Positions 54,709-64,000 of a stretch of DNA of 64,000 nt are shown here, one piece after another (the stretch's first letter is position 1; the number at the start of each line of letters is the position of its first letter). The position numbers and the translations under genes are program-made. The notes below the pieces were generated by a model. That model was given only the letters and a program-made list of their open reading frames with translations, ran no database searches and was not told the origin of the DNA. Source of the stretch: Candidatus Latescibacterota bacterium (lineage in GTDB: Bacteria; Latescibacterota; UBA2968; UBA8231); contig JACPJE010000043.1 in the NCBI GenBank assembly GCA_016187725.1, forward strand, positions 26,086-90,085, read 5' to 3'.

Positions 54709-55992
54709 TCACACCGCCTGTTCTTCAAACTCGGCCCGCTGGGCGAGGAAGTCGTAAACTTTGTCCTCCAGCAGTTCCTGGCGCAGGTCGTCTAATCTGG
54801 GGGAGCGCTTGATGGTCTCCAGGTCGAGGCTGTGCTCCTCGGCGCGCCGCTGGAGAAAGGTCTCGAATTCGTCGTCGCTGACCTCGATGCCGGTCTGCTT
54901 GCGCAGCCCCTCGATGAGCAGGAAGGTCTTGAGCCGGCGCATGGCAAAGGTCCGCTCCTCTTCGCTGTGTTCGTGCTGGTGGTCGTGGTTGTGTTCGTGC
55001 TGGTGGTCGTGGTCGTGGTGCTGGTGGTCGTGGTCGCGGCGGTGCAGCGATTCCAGGTAGTTGTCGACCAGGCTCGCGGGCAGGTCGAAGGGGTTCTTTT
55101 TGATCAATTCGCTGACCAGGTCGCTGCGCAGGCGCTGGCGGGCCAGGTAATCCCACTGGCGCTGGAGCTGCTGGCCCAGATGCTGGCGCAACTCGGCCAG
55201 GGTCTGGAAGGGCTCGCCCACCGTCTTGGCGAATTCGTCGTCCAGGGCAGGCAGGGTGCGCTGGCGCACCTGGCGGGCCTGCACGCCGAAGCGTTCCTGT
55301 CTGCCGGCCAGCTCTTTGTCTGGCAGGTCGTCGCGGTAGGAGAAGTACACCTGCCGATCCTCGCCGGCCCGAATGCCCAGCAGGACCTCCTCGAACTGCG
55401 GGCTGGGGACGTTTTCGCTGCCGATGATGAAATAGCGCTCCTCGTAGCGCTCGCCCACGATGGGCAGGCCGGCTTCGTCGAGGCGCTGCAGGTCGGCGAT
55501 CAGCACGTCGCCCTTTTCCAGGGGCCGGTCCACCTGCTCCTCGGTGGCGTGGCGTTCCCGGAGTTCGTGCAGCTGCCGGTCGATCTCTTCGTCGCTCACC
55601 GTGTGCACCAGGCGCGCGGCCTTGAGCTGGTCGTAGCTCTCCACCTGCACCTCGGGCCAGATGTCCAGGGTGGCGGTGAAACTGAGCGGCTGCCCGGGTT
55701 GGTAGTCGAGCTTGGTGATGCGCGGGGGAGCAACCGGCACCAGGTTTTCGGTCTGTGCCGCCTCGCCCATCAGCTCGGGCAGCTTTTCGCTGATCACGCT
55801 CTGGCGGATGGCCTCACCGTAACGCCGCTCGACCAGGGTGAGGGGGACCTTGCCCTTGCGGAAGCCGGGGATTTCGAGCCGGCGCTGGTAATCCTTCACT
55901 GCCCGGGCGACCGCCGCCTCGATGCGCTCAGCCGGCACCTCGACTTCCAGTTCCCGTTCCCACTTGCCTTTTTCAGTGACCTTGGTTTTCAC
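54709..55992 (-). CDS. tig: Trigger factor, carrying a His-rich insertion
   Basis: [29 protein letters not shown] (ribosome-binding GFRxGxxP-like motif), then the PPIase and C-terminal domains. GTG 55992 with AGGAA 6 nt upstream is preferred over ATG 56034. Confidence 0.85.
   Translation of the reverse strand: MKTKVTEKGKWERELEVEVPAERIEAAVARAVKDYQRRLEIPGFRKGKVPLTLVERRYGEAIRQSVISEKLPELMGEAAQTENLVPVAPPRITKLDYQPGQPLSFTATLDIWPEVQVESYDQLKAARLVHTVSDEEIDRQLHELRERHATEEQVDRPLEKGDVLIADLQRLDEAGLPIVGERYEERYFIIGSENVPSPQFEEVLLGIRAGEDRQVYFSYRDDLPDKELAGRQERFGVQARQVRQRTLPALDDEFAKTVGEPFQTLAELRQHLGQQLQRQWDYLARQRLRSDLVSELIKKNPFDLPASLVDNYLESLHRRDHDHQHHDHDHQHEHNHDHQHEHSEEERTFAMRRLKTFLLIEGLRKQTGIEVSDDEFETFLQRRAEEHSLDLETIKRSPRLDDLRQELLEDKVYDFLAQRAEFEEQAV
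54967..55035. repeat. 24-bp tandem coding repeat (2.9 copies) inside tig
   Basis: gtgttcgtgctggtggtcgtggtt / gtgttcgtgctggtggtcgtggtc / gtggtgctggtggtcgtggtc. Encodes the HDHQHEH(N/S) units. Confidence 0.8.
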
Positions 55993-56093
55993 GGTCAATT
56001 CCTGGGAAAGTACATAAAAAACGCAGCCGCTCATTCTGGAAAGGGCTGCAGAGCAGGACTCCTGCGGCGTGCGATCTAGTTCGGCTCTGAGCG

Positions 56094-56177
56094 TGCGAAA
56101 GGGGGGACTCGAACCCCCAAGCCCTTGCGGGCACCAGATCCTAAGTCTGGCGCGTCTGCCAGTTTCGCCACTTTCGC
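56094..56177 (-). tRNA. tRNA-Leu (anticodon UAG), type II with a long variable arm; CCA not encoded
   Basis: Minus strand reads GCGAAAG-TG-GCG-AAACTGGCAGA-CGC-G-CCAGA-CTTAGGA-TCTGG-long variable arm-GGGGG-TTCGAGT-CCCCC-CTTTCGC-A. It folds as a cloverleaf with a GTTCGAGT T-loop. Confidence 0.9.
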
Positions 56178-56246
56178 ATCCAAAAGATGACGCTCAGACA
56201 ATATATGGGTCGCCCTATATGGGGTCAAGGTGGCTCGGGTCCCGGC

Positions 56247-57575
<1,329 letters not shown>

Positions 57576-57640
57576 CGGAAGTTTCCCTTCTTTATGGTTG
57601 ATCACTGTGCGCGGTGGGGAGTGACCCACTCCGGCCTTTC

Positions 57641-57892
57641 TCAAAAGGAATCCCCCCACCTGCCGCTGCGCTGCACTGCCCCGCGGCCCAGCCCCCGCCA
57701 CGCCCCATAGTCCCGCGCCCAATCCTCCGGGCCGCCGCTGGACACGCTGATCCGTGCCTCGATCCCCACGTCAGCGGGCTGCCGGCCGGCCTCCGCCACA
57801 TAGCCCTGGAAACGCGTGATGATCTCCTGCCCCCGCTCGTCGGGCCGGAACTGCGGAAACCATCCCGACGCTATCCGCGCGATCCGTCGCAT
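57641..57892 (-). pseudogene. C-terminal remnant of an LLM-class (luciferase-like, F420-type) oxidoreductase
   Basis: RRIARIASGWFPQFRPDERGQEIITRFQGYVAEAGRQPADVGIEARISV..GGPEDWARDYGAWRGLG resembles the last ~80 of ~290 residues of that family. Its 5' end overlaps the recO 3' end by 22 nt. Confidence 0.45.
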
Positions 57893-58617
57893 CTGTGCTG
57901 GCCGCCGTGGTATTCGAGAAAACCGCGCAGCATACTGCGGATCTCGCCGCGGCGGGCCGGGGCCGGCGGCATGGCCTCCTGCTGGTAGGCGCTCAGTGCC
58001 TGCAGGCCGGCCAGCAATCTCAGGCTGTCGCCGGCCACCCGTATCCCCCCGGTGGCCGCCTCGCAGCGGGCGCACAGGCCGCCCCCCAGCGCCGGGCTGA
58101 ACCACAGCCACTCTCCCTCCAGGCGGGCGCGGCAGGAGGTGCAGTGCTGCAGCTCGGGGCGGTAGCCCAAAGCCTCGGCGGCACGCAGTTGGAAGTACCA
58201 GAACAGGGGTTCCACCTGCCGTCCCTCCACTTCTTCGAGGCCGGCCAGCACCCCCGAGAGGCAGCGGTAGAGCCGGCGGTTGGGATCGCGCTCCGCGGTC
58301 AGGCGGTCGATCAACTCGCAGGCGGCGCTGCCCAGGGAGAGGCGCTCCAGGTCCTTGAGCAGGTCTGGAAAGGCGCGCAGCGCGTCGCAGTCGCTGAGGA
58401 TCTGCAGCTCGCGTTCCTCGCGCAGATAGCAGACCACCTGGGCCTCGGTCATCAGTTCCAGCGCCCCGCCGAACTTGCTCTTGGGCTTGCGGGCGCCCTT
58501 GGCCGTGGCCTTGATTTTGCCTTCGTCCTCGGTGTAGAGGGTCACCAGCTTGCTGGTCTCGCCCAGGCGCCGGGTGCGCAGCACGATGGCCCTGGTTTTG
58601 ACGATGCGGCTGGGCAT
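57871..58617 (-). CDS. recO: DNA repair protein RecO
   Basis: KTRAIVLRTRRLGETSKLVTLYTEDEGKI (OB fold) and the C..C...C..C zinc motif (CTSCRA..CARC). Confidence 0.9.
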   Translation of the reverse strand: MPSRIVKTRAIVLRTRRLGETSKLVTLYTEDEGKIKATAKGARKPKSKFGGALELMTEAQVVCYLREERELQILSDCDALRAFPDLLKDLERLSLGSAACELIDRLTAERDPNRRLYRCLSGVLAGLEEVEGRQVEPLFWYFQLRAAEALGYRPELQHCTSCRARLEGEWLWFSPALGGGLCARCEAATGGIRVAGDSLRLLAGLQALSAYQQEAMPPAPARRGEIRSMLRGFLEYHGGQHRCDGSRG

Positions 58618-58623
58618 AGGCGG

Positions 58624-58962
58624 CTATTCTCCGACGGGCTGTTCCCCTGGCCCCCGCAGCCGGTAGACCTTCTCTCCCGGCTTGATCATGCCGTATTCCT
58701 CGCGCGCCACCTTCTCGATGTAGTCCTTGTCGTGCTCCAGCATCCAGAGGATCTGACGGAGACTGTCGTTCTCAGCCTGCAGCTGGTCCAGGCGCGCCTG
58801 CAGCAGGGCCAGGGCCTGGGACTGGCGGCGGATCTCGAGCAGGCCCTCGTCCCCGCCCACGAACAGATAGAGGATAAAGCCCAGGACCAGCAGGGCCAGT
58901 CCCAGCCGCCAGCGGGACTTGCCGGCCGGCTCGGCCTGCGACCTGAGGGGCGAGCGGGCCAC
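58624..58962 (-). CDS. ftsB: Septum formation initiator (FtsB/DivIC family)
   Basis: 112 aa. A single TM helix, a coiled coil (LQARLDQLQAENDSLRQ) and the EKVAREEYGMIKPGE motif. Confidence 0.8.
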   Translation of the reverse strand: MARSPLRSQAEPAGKSRWRLGLALLVLGFILYLFVGGDEGLLEIRRQSQALALLQARLDQLQAENDSLRQILWMLEHDKDYIEKVAREEYGMIKPGEKVYRLRGPGEQPVGE

Positions 58963-58965
58963 GCT

Positions 58966-60135
58966 TCAGCGGTCCCCGGTGGGCGAGGCTGGGTCGAGCA
59001 GGACCAGGTCGTCGCGGTGGATCACCTCCACCGGCGGGCGCCCCAGCAATTGCTCGATCTCGGGAGAGTGCTTGCCGAGGACCTGGCGCAGTTCGGCGGC
59101 GGCGTACCGGCTCAGGCCGCGGGCGAGTTCCTCTCCTTCTTCGTTCTCGACCCCGATCACCTCGCCGGCTTTGAAATCGCCCTTGCAGGCCACCACCCCC
59201 ACCGGCAGCAGGCTCCTGCCCAGGGAGACCAGGGCCCGCTGAGCGCCCCGGTCGATCACCACCGCGCCCCTGCAGGGGGAGGCGAAGGCGATCCAGCGCT
59301 TGCGGCTCTGCAGGCGCTGGTGGTCCGGGGTGAAGAGGGTGCCCAGCTCGGCGCCTTCCATGATCTCGACCAACCGGTGCTTGCGGGCGTGGGCGATGAG
59401 GGCCATCTCGCCGCAGGTGGTCAGCAGTCGGGCGGCCTGCAGCTTGGTGGCCATGCCGCCGCGGCCTACCTGGTTGGCAGAGCGGCCCACCAGGGTGTCG
59501 AGCCGCGGGTCGGCCCCCTCCACCTGGCTGAGCAGCTCGCCTCCTGGCCCCCCGGGAATGTAGGCCGCGTACAGTCCCTCCACGTCGGAGAGGAGGATGA
59601 GCAACTGGGCCTGGATCATGTTGGCCACGTACGCGGCCAACAGGTCGTTGTCGCCGATGCTCCGCTTCAGCTCGGCCACGCCCACGCTGTCGTTCTCGTT
59701 GATGATGGGCACCGCCCCGTAGGAAAAGAGCTGGCGGAAGGTGTTCTTCAGATTCAGGTAGCGGCGGCGGCTGTCGAGGATGTCCTCGGCGGTCAAGAGC
59801 ACCTGGCCGATGAGCACCCCGTGCTTCTTGAAGAGCCCCTCGTAGGTGTGCATCAAAAGATTCTGGCCCACCGCGGCCAGGGCCTGCAACTCGGCCACGC
59901 TCCGGGGGCGGGTCTGCAGGCCGAGGCGGCCCATGCCCGAAGCCACGGCCCCCGAGGAGACCAGCGCTACCTCCAGGCCGCGCTGGCGCAGCGCGACCAC
60001 CTCGCGCACCAGCTCAGCCATGACCCGCCGGTCCAGCGCCCAGGTGGCGGTGGTCAGGCTGCTGCTGCCGACCTTGATCACCACCCGCTTTACCTGGCGC
60101 AGGCGGGCGCGGCGACTCTCAGCGGCGGCCGGCAT
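58966..60135 (-). CDS. proB: Glutamate 5-kinase (with PUA domain)
   Basis: VVIKVGSSSLT..VSSGAV..INENDSV..GDNDLLAA..GMATKL.. C-terminal PUA domain. Confidence 0.95.
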   Translation of the reverse strand: MPAAAESRRARLRQVKRVVIKVGSSSLTTATWALDRRVMAELVREVVALRQRGLEVALVSSGAVASGMGRLGLQTRPRSVAELQALAAVGQNLLMHTYEGLFKKHGVLIGQVLLTAEDILDSRRRYLNLKNTFRQLFSYGAVPIINENDSVGVAELKRSIGDNDLLAAYVANMIQAQLLILLSDVEGLYAAYIPGGPGGELLSQVEGADPRLDTLVGRSANQVGRGGMATKLQAARLLTTCGEMALIAHARKHRLVEIMEGAELGTLFTPDHQRLQSRKRWIAFASPCRGAVVIDRGAQRALVSLGRSLLPVGVVACKGDFKAGEVIGVENEEGEELARGLSRYAAAELRQVLGKHSPEIEQLLGRPPVEVIHRDDLVLLDPASPTGDR

Positions 60136-60138
60136 ACC

Positions 60139-60912
60139 TCACTCCCGGACCACCACCCCGCGCGCCTTCAGGTATTCCTTGACCTGGGGGATGGTGTACT
60201 CGCCGAAGTGGAAGATGGAGGCGGCCAGGGCGGCGCTGGCCTTGCCCTCGGTGAGCACCTGGTAGATGTGCTCCGGGTTGCCGCAGCCCCCCGAAGCCAC
60301 CACCGGCACCCGCACCCTTTCGGCCACGGCGCGGTTCAGCGCGAGGTCGTACCCGTCGTGGGTGCCGTCGGCGTCGATGCTGTTGATCACCAGTTCGCCG
60401 GCCCCGCGGTCCACCAGCTCCTCCACCCATTCGAGGGCGTTGCGTCCCGTGGGCTTGCGGCCGCCGTTGACGTAGACCTCCCAGGAGGGGGGCTGGCCCT
60501 CGGCACCGGGCCGGCGCAGGGCGTCGATGGCGCCGACGATGCACTGGCTGCCGAAACTCTCAGCTCCCTGGCGGATCAGGTCGGGGTTGGCCACCGCCGC
60601 CGAGTTGATCGAGACCTTGTCCGAGCCGCTCTTGAGCAGGGCGCGGATGTCGTCGAAGGTGCGGATGCCCCCGCCCACGGTGAAGGGGATGAAGACCTGT
60701 TCGGAAACCTCGCCCACCAGGTCGCGGACAATGGCCCGGCCTTCGGCCGAGGCCGTGATGTCGTAGAAGACCAGCTCGTCCGCCCCGTCGCGGTCGTAGC
60801 GCAGGGCCAGTTCCACCGGGTCGCCGGCGTCGCGATCGGCGGAAAAGCGGACACCGCGCACGTTGCGGCCGGCCTTGACGTCGAGGCAGGGGATGATGCG
60901 CTTGGCCAGCAT
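60139..60912 (-). CDS. hisF: Imidazole glycerol phosphate synthase, cyclase subunit
   Basis: [47 protein letters not shown]. Confidence 0.95.
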   Translation of the reverse strand: MLAKRIIPCLDVKAGRNVRGVRFSADRDAGDPVELALRYDRDGADELVFYDITASAEGRAIVRDLVGEVSEQVFIPFTVGGGIRTFDDIRALLKSGSDKVSINSAAVANPDLIRQGAESFGSQCIVGAIDALRRPGAEGQPPSWEVYVNGGRKPTGRNALEWVEELVDRGAGELVINSIDADGTHDGYDLALNRAVAERVRVPVVASGGCGNPEHIYQVLTEGKASAALAASIFHFGEYTIPQVKEYLKARGVVVRE

Positions 60913-60916
60913 GGTC

Positions 60917-61519
60917 TCAGTTCAACCTGGCGAAGTTCTCCAACAGCTTCAGCCCCGGCTGCTGGCTCTTCTCGGGGTGGAATTGGACCCCGAAGAGATG
61001 GTCGCGCGCGGCGATGGAGGTGTACTCCAGGCCGTACTCGGTGGTGCCGGCCACGTCCGCCGGGTGTTCCGAATCCACGTAATAGGAGTGGACAAAATAG
61101 AAGAAGCTGCAGTCGGCCACCCCATCCAGAATGCGCACCGGCTTCTGGATGGAGACCTGGTTCCAGCCGATCTGGGGCACCCGCTCATCGGGCGGGAAGC
61201 GGCGGACCCTGCCCGGCAGCAGCCCCAACCCGGGATGTTGCCCCATCTCCTCGCTCTCGGAGAACATCAGCTGCAGCCCCACGCAGATGCCCAGGAAGGG
61301 CTTGCCCCCTTCGATGCCCCGCAGCAGGGCTTCGACCCAGCCGCGCTCGCGCAGATTGCGCATGGCGTCGCCAAAGGCCGCGTCCCCGGGCAGGACCAGG
61401 TGGCTGGCCGCCTCCAGCTGGGCCGGGTCCTCGCAGATGGAGGCGGAGAAGCCCAGGTGCTCGAAGGCCTTCTGCACGCTGCGCAGGTTGCCCATGCCAT
61501 AGTCGATGACGGCGATCAT
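60917..61519 (-). CDS. hisH: Imidazole glycerol phosphate synthase, glutamine amidotransferase subunit
   Basis: [40 protein letters not shown]. Confidence 0.95.
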   Translation of the reverse strand: MIAVIDYGMGNLRSVQKAFEHLGFSASICEDPAQLEAASHLVLPGDAAFGDAMRNLRERGWVEALLRGIEGGKPFLGICVGLQLMFSESEEMGQHPGLGLLPGRVRRFPPDERVPQIGWNQVSIQKPVRILDGVADCSFFYFVHSYYVDSEHPADVAGTTEYGLEYTSIAARDHLFGVQFHPEKSQQPGLKLLENFARLN

Positions 61520-62328
61520 GACTTCCCCAGTTGTACCGAGCGCTCGGTGGCCGCCTGCACCGCGCTGATCAGCGCGTCGCGCAGGCCCTTCTCCTCGAGC
61601 TTGTGCAGGCCGGCGATAGTCGTGCCGCCAGGCGAGGTGACCTGGTCGCGCAGCAGGGCTGGGTGCTGGCCGCTTTCCAGGACCATGCGGGCGGCCCCCA
61701 GGGCGGTCTGGGCCGCCAGCTTGAGGGCCACCTCCCGGCTCAACCCCATCCGCACGCCCCCGTCGGCCAGCGCCTCGATGACCGTGTAGATGTAGGCCGG
61801 CCCGCTGCCCGACAGACCGGTCACCGCGTCCATCTGGTATTCGCCCACTACCACGGTGCTGCCCACCTGGTCGAAGAGGGCCCGCACCAGTTCCACCTGG
61901 GCCGGGGAGGCGTGCCTGCCGCCGCAGACCCCCGAAGCCGCCGCGCCCAGTTGGGCCAGGGTCTGGGGCATGACGCGGACCACCGGGATCGGCACCTCCA
62001 GCTGGGCCTCGATGGCAGTGGTGCTCACCCCGGCCATGATGGAGACCAGGAGCTGGTCGGGGCGCAGGTGCTGCTTTACCAATTGAAATAAGGCGGGAGC
62101 GCTCTGCGGCTTGACGCCCAGGATGACCAGCTGCTGCCCGAGGATGGCGTCCTCAGCCTGGGTGCTGGTCCGCACGCCCAGGTCGCGCAAGGGCTGGAGC
62201 ACGGCGTCGCGCAGGTCAGTGGCGGTCAGCTGAGCGGGTGGAATACGGCCGGCTGCCACCAGCCCGCTGATCAGCGCGCCGCCCATGTTGCCGGCGCCGA
62301 TGAAGCCTATTTTGCACTCTTCAGTCAT
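61516..62328 (-). CDS. proC: Pyrroline-5-carboxylate reductase
   Basis: IGFIGAGNMGGALISG..GSGPAYIY..SPGGTT. Its stop overlaps the hisH start (ATGA). Confidence 0.9.
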   Translation of the reverse strand: MTEECKIGFIGAGNMGGALISGLVAAGRIPPAQLTATDLRDAVLQPLRDLGVRTSTQAEDAILGQQLVILGVKPQSAPALFQLVKQHLRPDQLLVSIMAGVSTTAIEAQLEVPIPVVRVMPQTLAQLGAAASGVCGGRHASPAQVELVRALFDQVGSTVVVGEYQMDAVTGLSGSGPAYIYTVIEALADGGVRMGLSREVALKLAAQTALGAARMVLESGQHPALLRDQVTSPGGTTIAGLHKLEEKGLRDALISAVQAATERSVQLGKS

Positions 62329-62368
62329 AAGAGGTTTTGCGAGAGACGGAGAGATTGCGAGTGATTTT

Positions 62369-62397
62369 AAGATAGATCACCGGCACAAAACGTGCAA
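62369..62397 (-). promoter_or_regulatory. Candidate sigma-70 promoter for the proC operon
   Basis: Minus strand: TTGCAC (62397-62392), 17 nt, TATCTT (62374-62369). Confidence 0.3.
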
Positions 62398-62404
62398 TTT
62401 CTGC

Positions 62405-62434
62405 TTGACGAATCTGACTGTATGATGGTATCTT
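62405..62434 (+). promoter_or_regulatory. Candidate sigma-70 promoter for the KA-repeat/SWIB genes
   Basis: TTGACG (62405-62410), 18 nt, TGgTATCTT (extended -10, 62426-62434). It would give a leader of about 180 nt. Confidence 0.35.
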
Positions 62435-62623
62435 ACACAAAACAGTAACAAATACGTTACGTTTCGAGGGGGAGGTAATGACACGATGCGCAGAATCTTC
62501 TGGGAGGGGGTGATCAATCGAGAGTAGACCGGGATACTCACTGCAGTTGCACCAGATCACGGCCTAAAATCGTTTGATCACTCAGGATTCACATCGCGCA
62601 TAACCAAAACGAGGAGAAAAACC

Positions 62624-62755
62624 ATGGCAGCAAAAAAGAAAGCCGCTCCGAAGAAGAAGGCCGCAGCCAAGAAGAAGGCCGCAGCCAAGAAGAAGGCCGC
62701 TCCGAAGAAGAAGGCCGCTCCGAAGAAGAAGGCCGCAGCCAAGAAGAAGAAGTAA
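62624..62755 (+). CDS. 43-aa lysine/alanine repeat peptide (histone H1-like low-complexity), not in the supplied ORF track
   Basis: ATG 62624 lies 7 nt after GAGGAG. Translation is M(AAKKK)(AAPKKK)(AAAKKK)2(AAPKKK)2(AAAKKKK), with TAA at 62753-62755. Confidence 0.55.
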   Translation: MAAKKKAAPKKKAAAKKKAAAKKKAAPKKKAAPKKKAAAKKKK

Positions 62756-62896
62756 GGAGAGAAGAAAGATGGCCAAAAAAAAGGCTGCTCCGAAGAAGAA
62801 GGCGGCGGCCAAGAAAAAGGCCGCTCCAAAGAAGAAGGCCGCAGCCAAGAAGAAGGCTGCTCCGAAGAAGAAGGCGGCCAAGAAGAAGGCTGCCCC
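62627..62896 (+). repeat. Two blocks of tandem 18-bp coding repeats (GCN GCN NCN AAG AAG AAG)
   Basis: About 7 units lie in the micro-ORF and about 6-7 units at the 5' end of the next gene. The blocks are separated by TAAGGAGAGAAGAAAGATG and lie in different reading frames. Confidence 0.85.
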
Positions 62897-63167
62897 GAAG
62901 AAGGCCAAGGCTAAGCGCAAGCCCAATCCTTCCTTCATGAAGCCCCTGCAGCCCTCAGGGGCGTTGGCAGCTGTCGTGGGCGGCAAGCCCCTCCCCCGCA
63001 CGCAGGTCGTCAAGAAACTCTGGGAGTACATCAGAAAGCACGGCCTGCAGGATTCCCAGAACAAGCGCATGATCAATGCTGACGACAAGCTCCGCGCCGT
63101 CTTCGACGGCAGGAAGCAGGTGAGCATGTTCGACATGACCAAACTGGTCAATAAGCACCTGGGCTGA
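62769..63167 (+). CDS. SWIB/MDM2-domain protein with an N-terminal histone H1-like AKKKAAP repeat tail
   Basis: RBS AAGGAG lies 9 nt upstream. N-terminus MAKKKAAPKKKAAAKKK.., then LQPSGALAAVVGGKPLPRTQVVKKLWEYIRKHGLQDSQNKRMINADDKLRAVF..VSMFDMTKLVNKHL, a typical SWIB domain. Confidence 0.85.
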   Translation: MAKKKAAPKKKAAAKKKAAPKKKAAAKKKAAPKKKAAKKKAAPKKAKAKRKPNPSFMKPLQPSGALAAVVGGKPLPRTQVVKKLWEYIRKHGLQDSQNKRMINADDKLRAVFDGRKQVSMFDMTKLVNKHLG

Positions 63168-63198
63168 TCAGCGCCTCACTGCGCTCGTGTCGCTAAAA

Positions 63199-63241
63199 GA
63201 AGGGGGTTCCCTCACTGCGGGGGAAGCCCTTCTTTTTTTTT
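63199..63241 (+). terminator. Rho-independent terminator
   Basis: GAAGGGGGTTCCC-tcactgc-GGGGGAAGCCCTTC (imperfect stem) followed by a run of 9 T. Confidence 0.6.
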
Positions 63242-63290
63242 GCCTTTTTCCTTAGGTTTTACATCCCCCTCTATCAGGAGCATGGGCTGG

Positions 63291-64000
<710 letters not shown>

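Noticed and set aside
52608-54812. 734-aa plus-strand ORF antisense to clpX and clpP, and similar ORFs at 50537-52078 and 54832-56079.
   Set aside because: They are antisense to unmistakable housekeeping genes (clpX, clpP, serA, tig) and have low-complexity composition.
56015-56049. Hairpin GCAGCC..GGCTGC followed by a T-run on the minus strand, just after tRNA-Leu; a possible terminator.
   Set aside because: The stem is only 6 bp with a 15-nt loop. It would leave no room for a tig promoter before GTG 55992. It is too weak to call.
57895-61509. 1204-aa plus-strand ORF, the longest in the track.
   Set aside because: It is antisense to recO, ftsB, proB, hisF and hisH, all of which have textbook motifs. 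It is Gly/Ala/Pro/Arg-rich with no domain signature.
62381-62396. Second sigma-54-like motif CGGCAC-AAAAC-GTGCA on the plus strand, upstream of the KA-repeat genes.
   Set aside because: It has C instead of T at the first position and lies about 230 nt from the ATG. It coincides with the -35 of the divergent proC promoter candidate. A GGCAC-N5-nTGC match is expected by chance about once or twice in a window this size. It is kept only as a note.
62478-62513. 11-codon upstream ORF (MTRCAESSGRG) in the leader, after GGAGG.
   Set aside because: The spacer between GGAGG and the ATG is only 2 nt, and there is no supporting feature.
62627-62896. Regular 18-bp periodic repeats; I checked for a CRISPR-like array.
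   Set aside because: There are no unique spacers between the repeats, the period is far too short, and the repeats are in-frame coding units.
62578-63151. Minus-strand ORFs translating to FFFGAAFF.. repeats.
   Set aside because: They are the reverse-complement reading of the AAG-rich Lys/Ala repeats. The plus-strand genes have RBSs and a SWIB domain.

Overview
This is a gene-dense chromosomal segment from a high-GC bacterium, well above 60% GC by eye. All family calls were made by eye from the supplied translations; no searches were run. I support about 70 protein-coding genes, one tRNA and a few small non-coding elements. I saw no rRNA, CRISPR array, transposase or integrase.

The right third (about 47-64 kb) is ordinary housekeeping:
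- prpC-prpB, purA and serA
- engB-clpX-clpP-tig behind tRNA-Leu(UAG), then glyQS
- a long minus-strand operon proC-hisH-hisF-proB-ftsB-recO
- the 5' part of carA

The left and middle parts are more accessory:
- (a) An HsdR N-terminal stub.
- (b) An operon with two diverged paralogs of an uncharacterised ~400-aa family. They are split by a low-GC DUF4160/DUF2442 cassette and followed by NnrS.
- (c) An 1195-aa sigma-54 activator whose sensor is a TM-less 15-repeat Reg_prop propeller plus a Y_Y_Y domain. Next to it are a near-consensus sigma-54 promoter, a STAS-like gene and a secreted PQQ-like propeller.
- (d) Tandem PhyH dioxygenases, one fused to HEAT repeats.
- (e) A tightly overlapped operon of YhcH-like gene, unknown protein and ABC-2 exporter.
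- (f) An eleven-gene sugar activation, amination and transfer cluster that also carries a degenerate mini-GGDEF, a PHP phosphoesterase and an adenosine-deaminase-fold gene.
- (g) A 43-codon pure (AAxKKK)7 micro-ORF directly upstream of a histone-H1-like/SWIB fusion.

Other observations:
- Several genes look decayed: the HsdR stub, an internally deleted ROK kinase, a frameshifted propeller-hydrolase remnant and an LLM oxidoreductase tail. These could equally be assembly errors.
- A roughly 31-bp GC-rich palindromic (REP-like) element occurs at least twice.
- Many very long ORFs in the track are antisense shadows of real genes, which is typical of stop-poor high-GC DNA. I rejected them.
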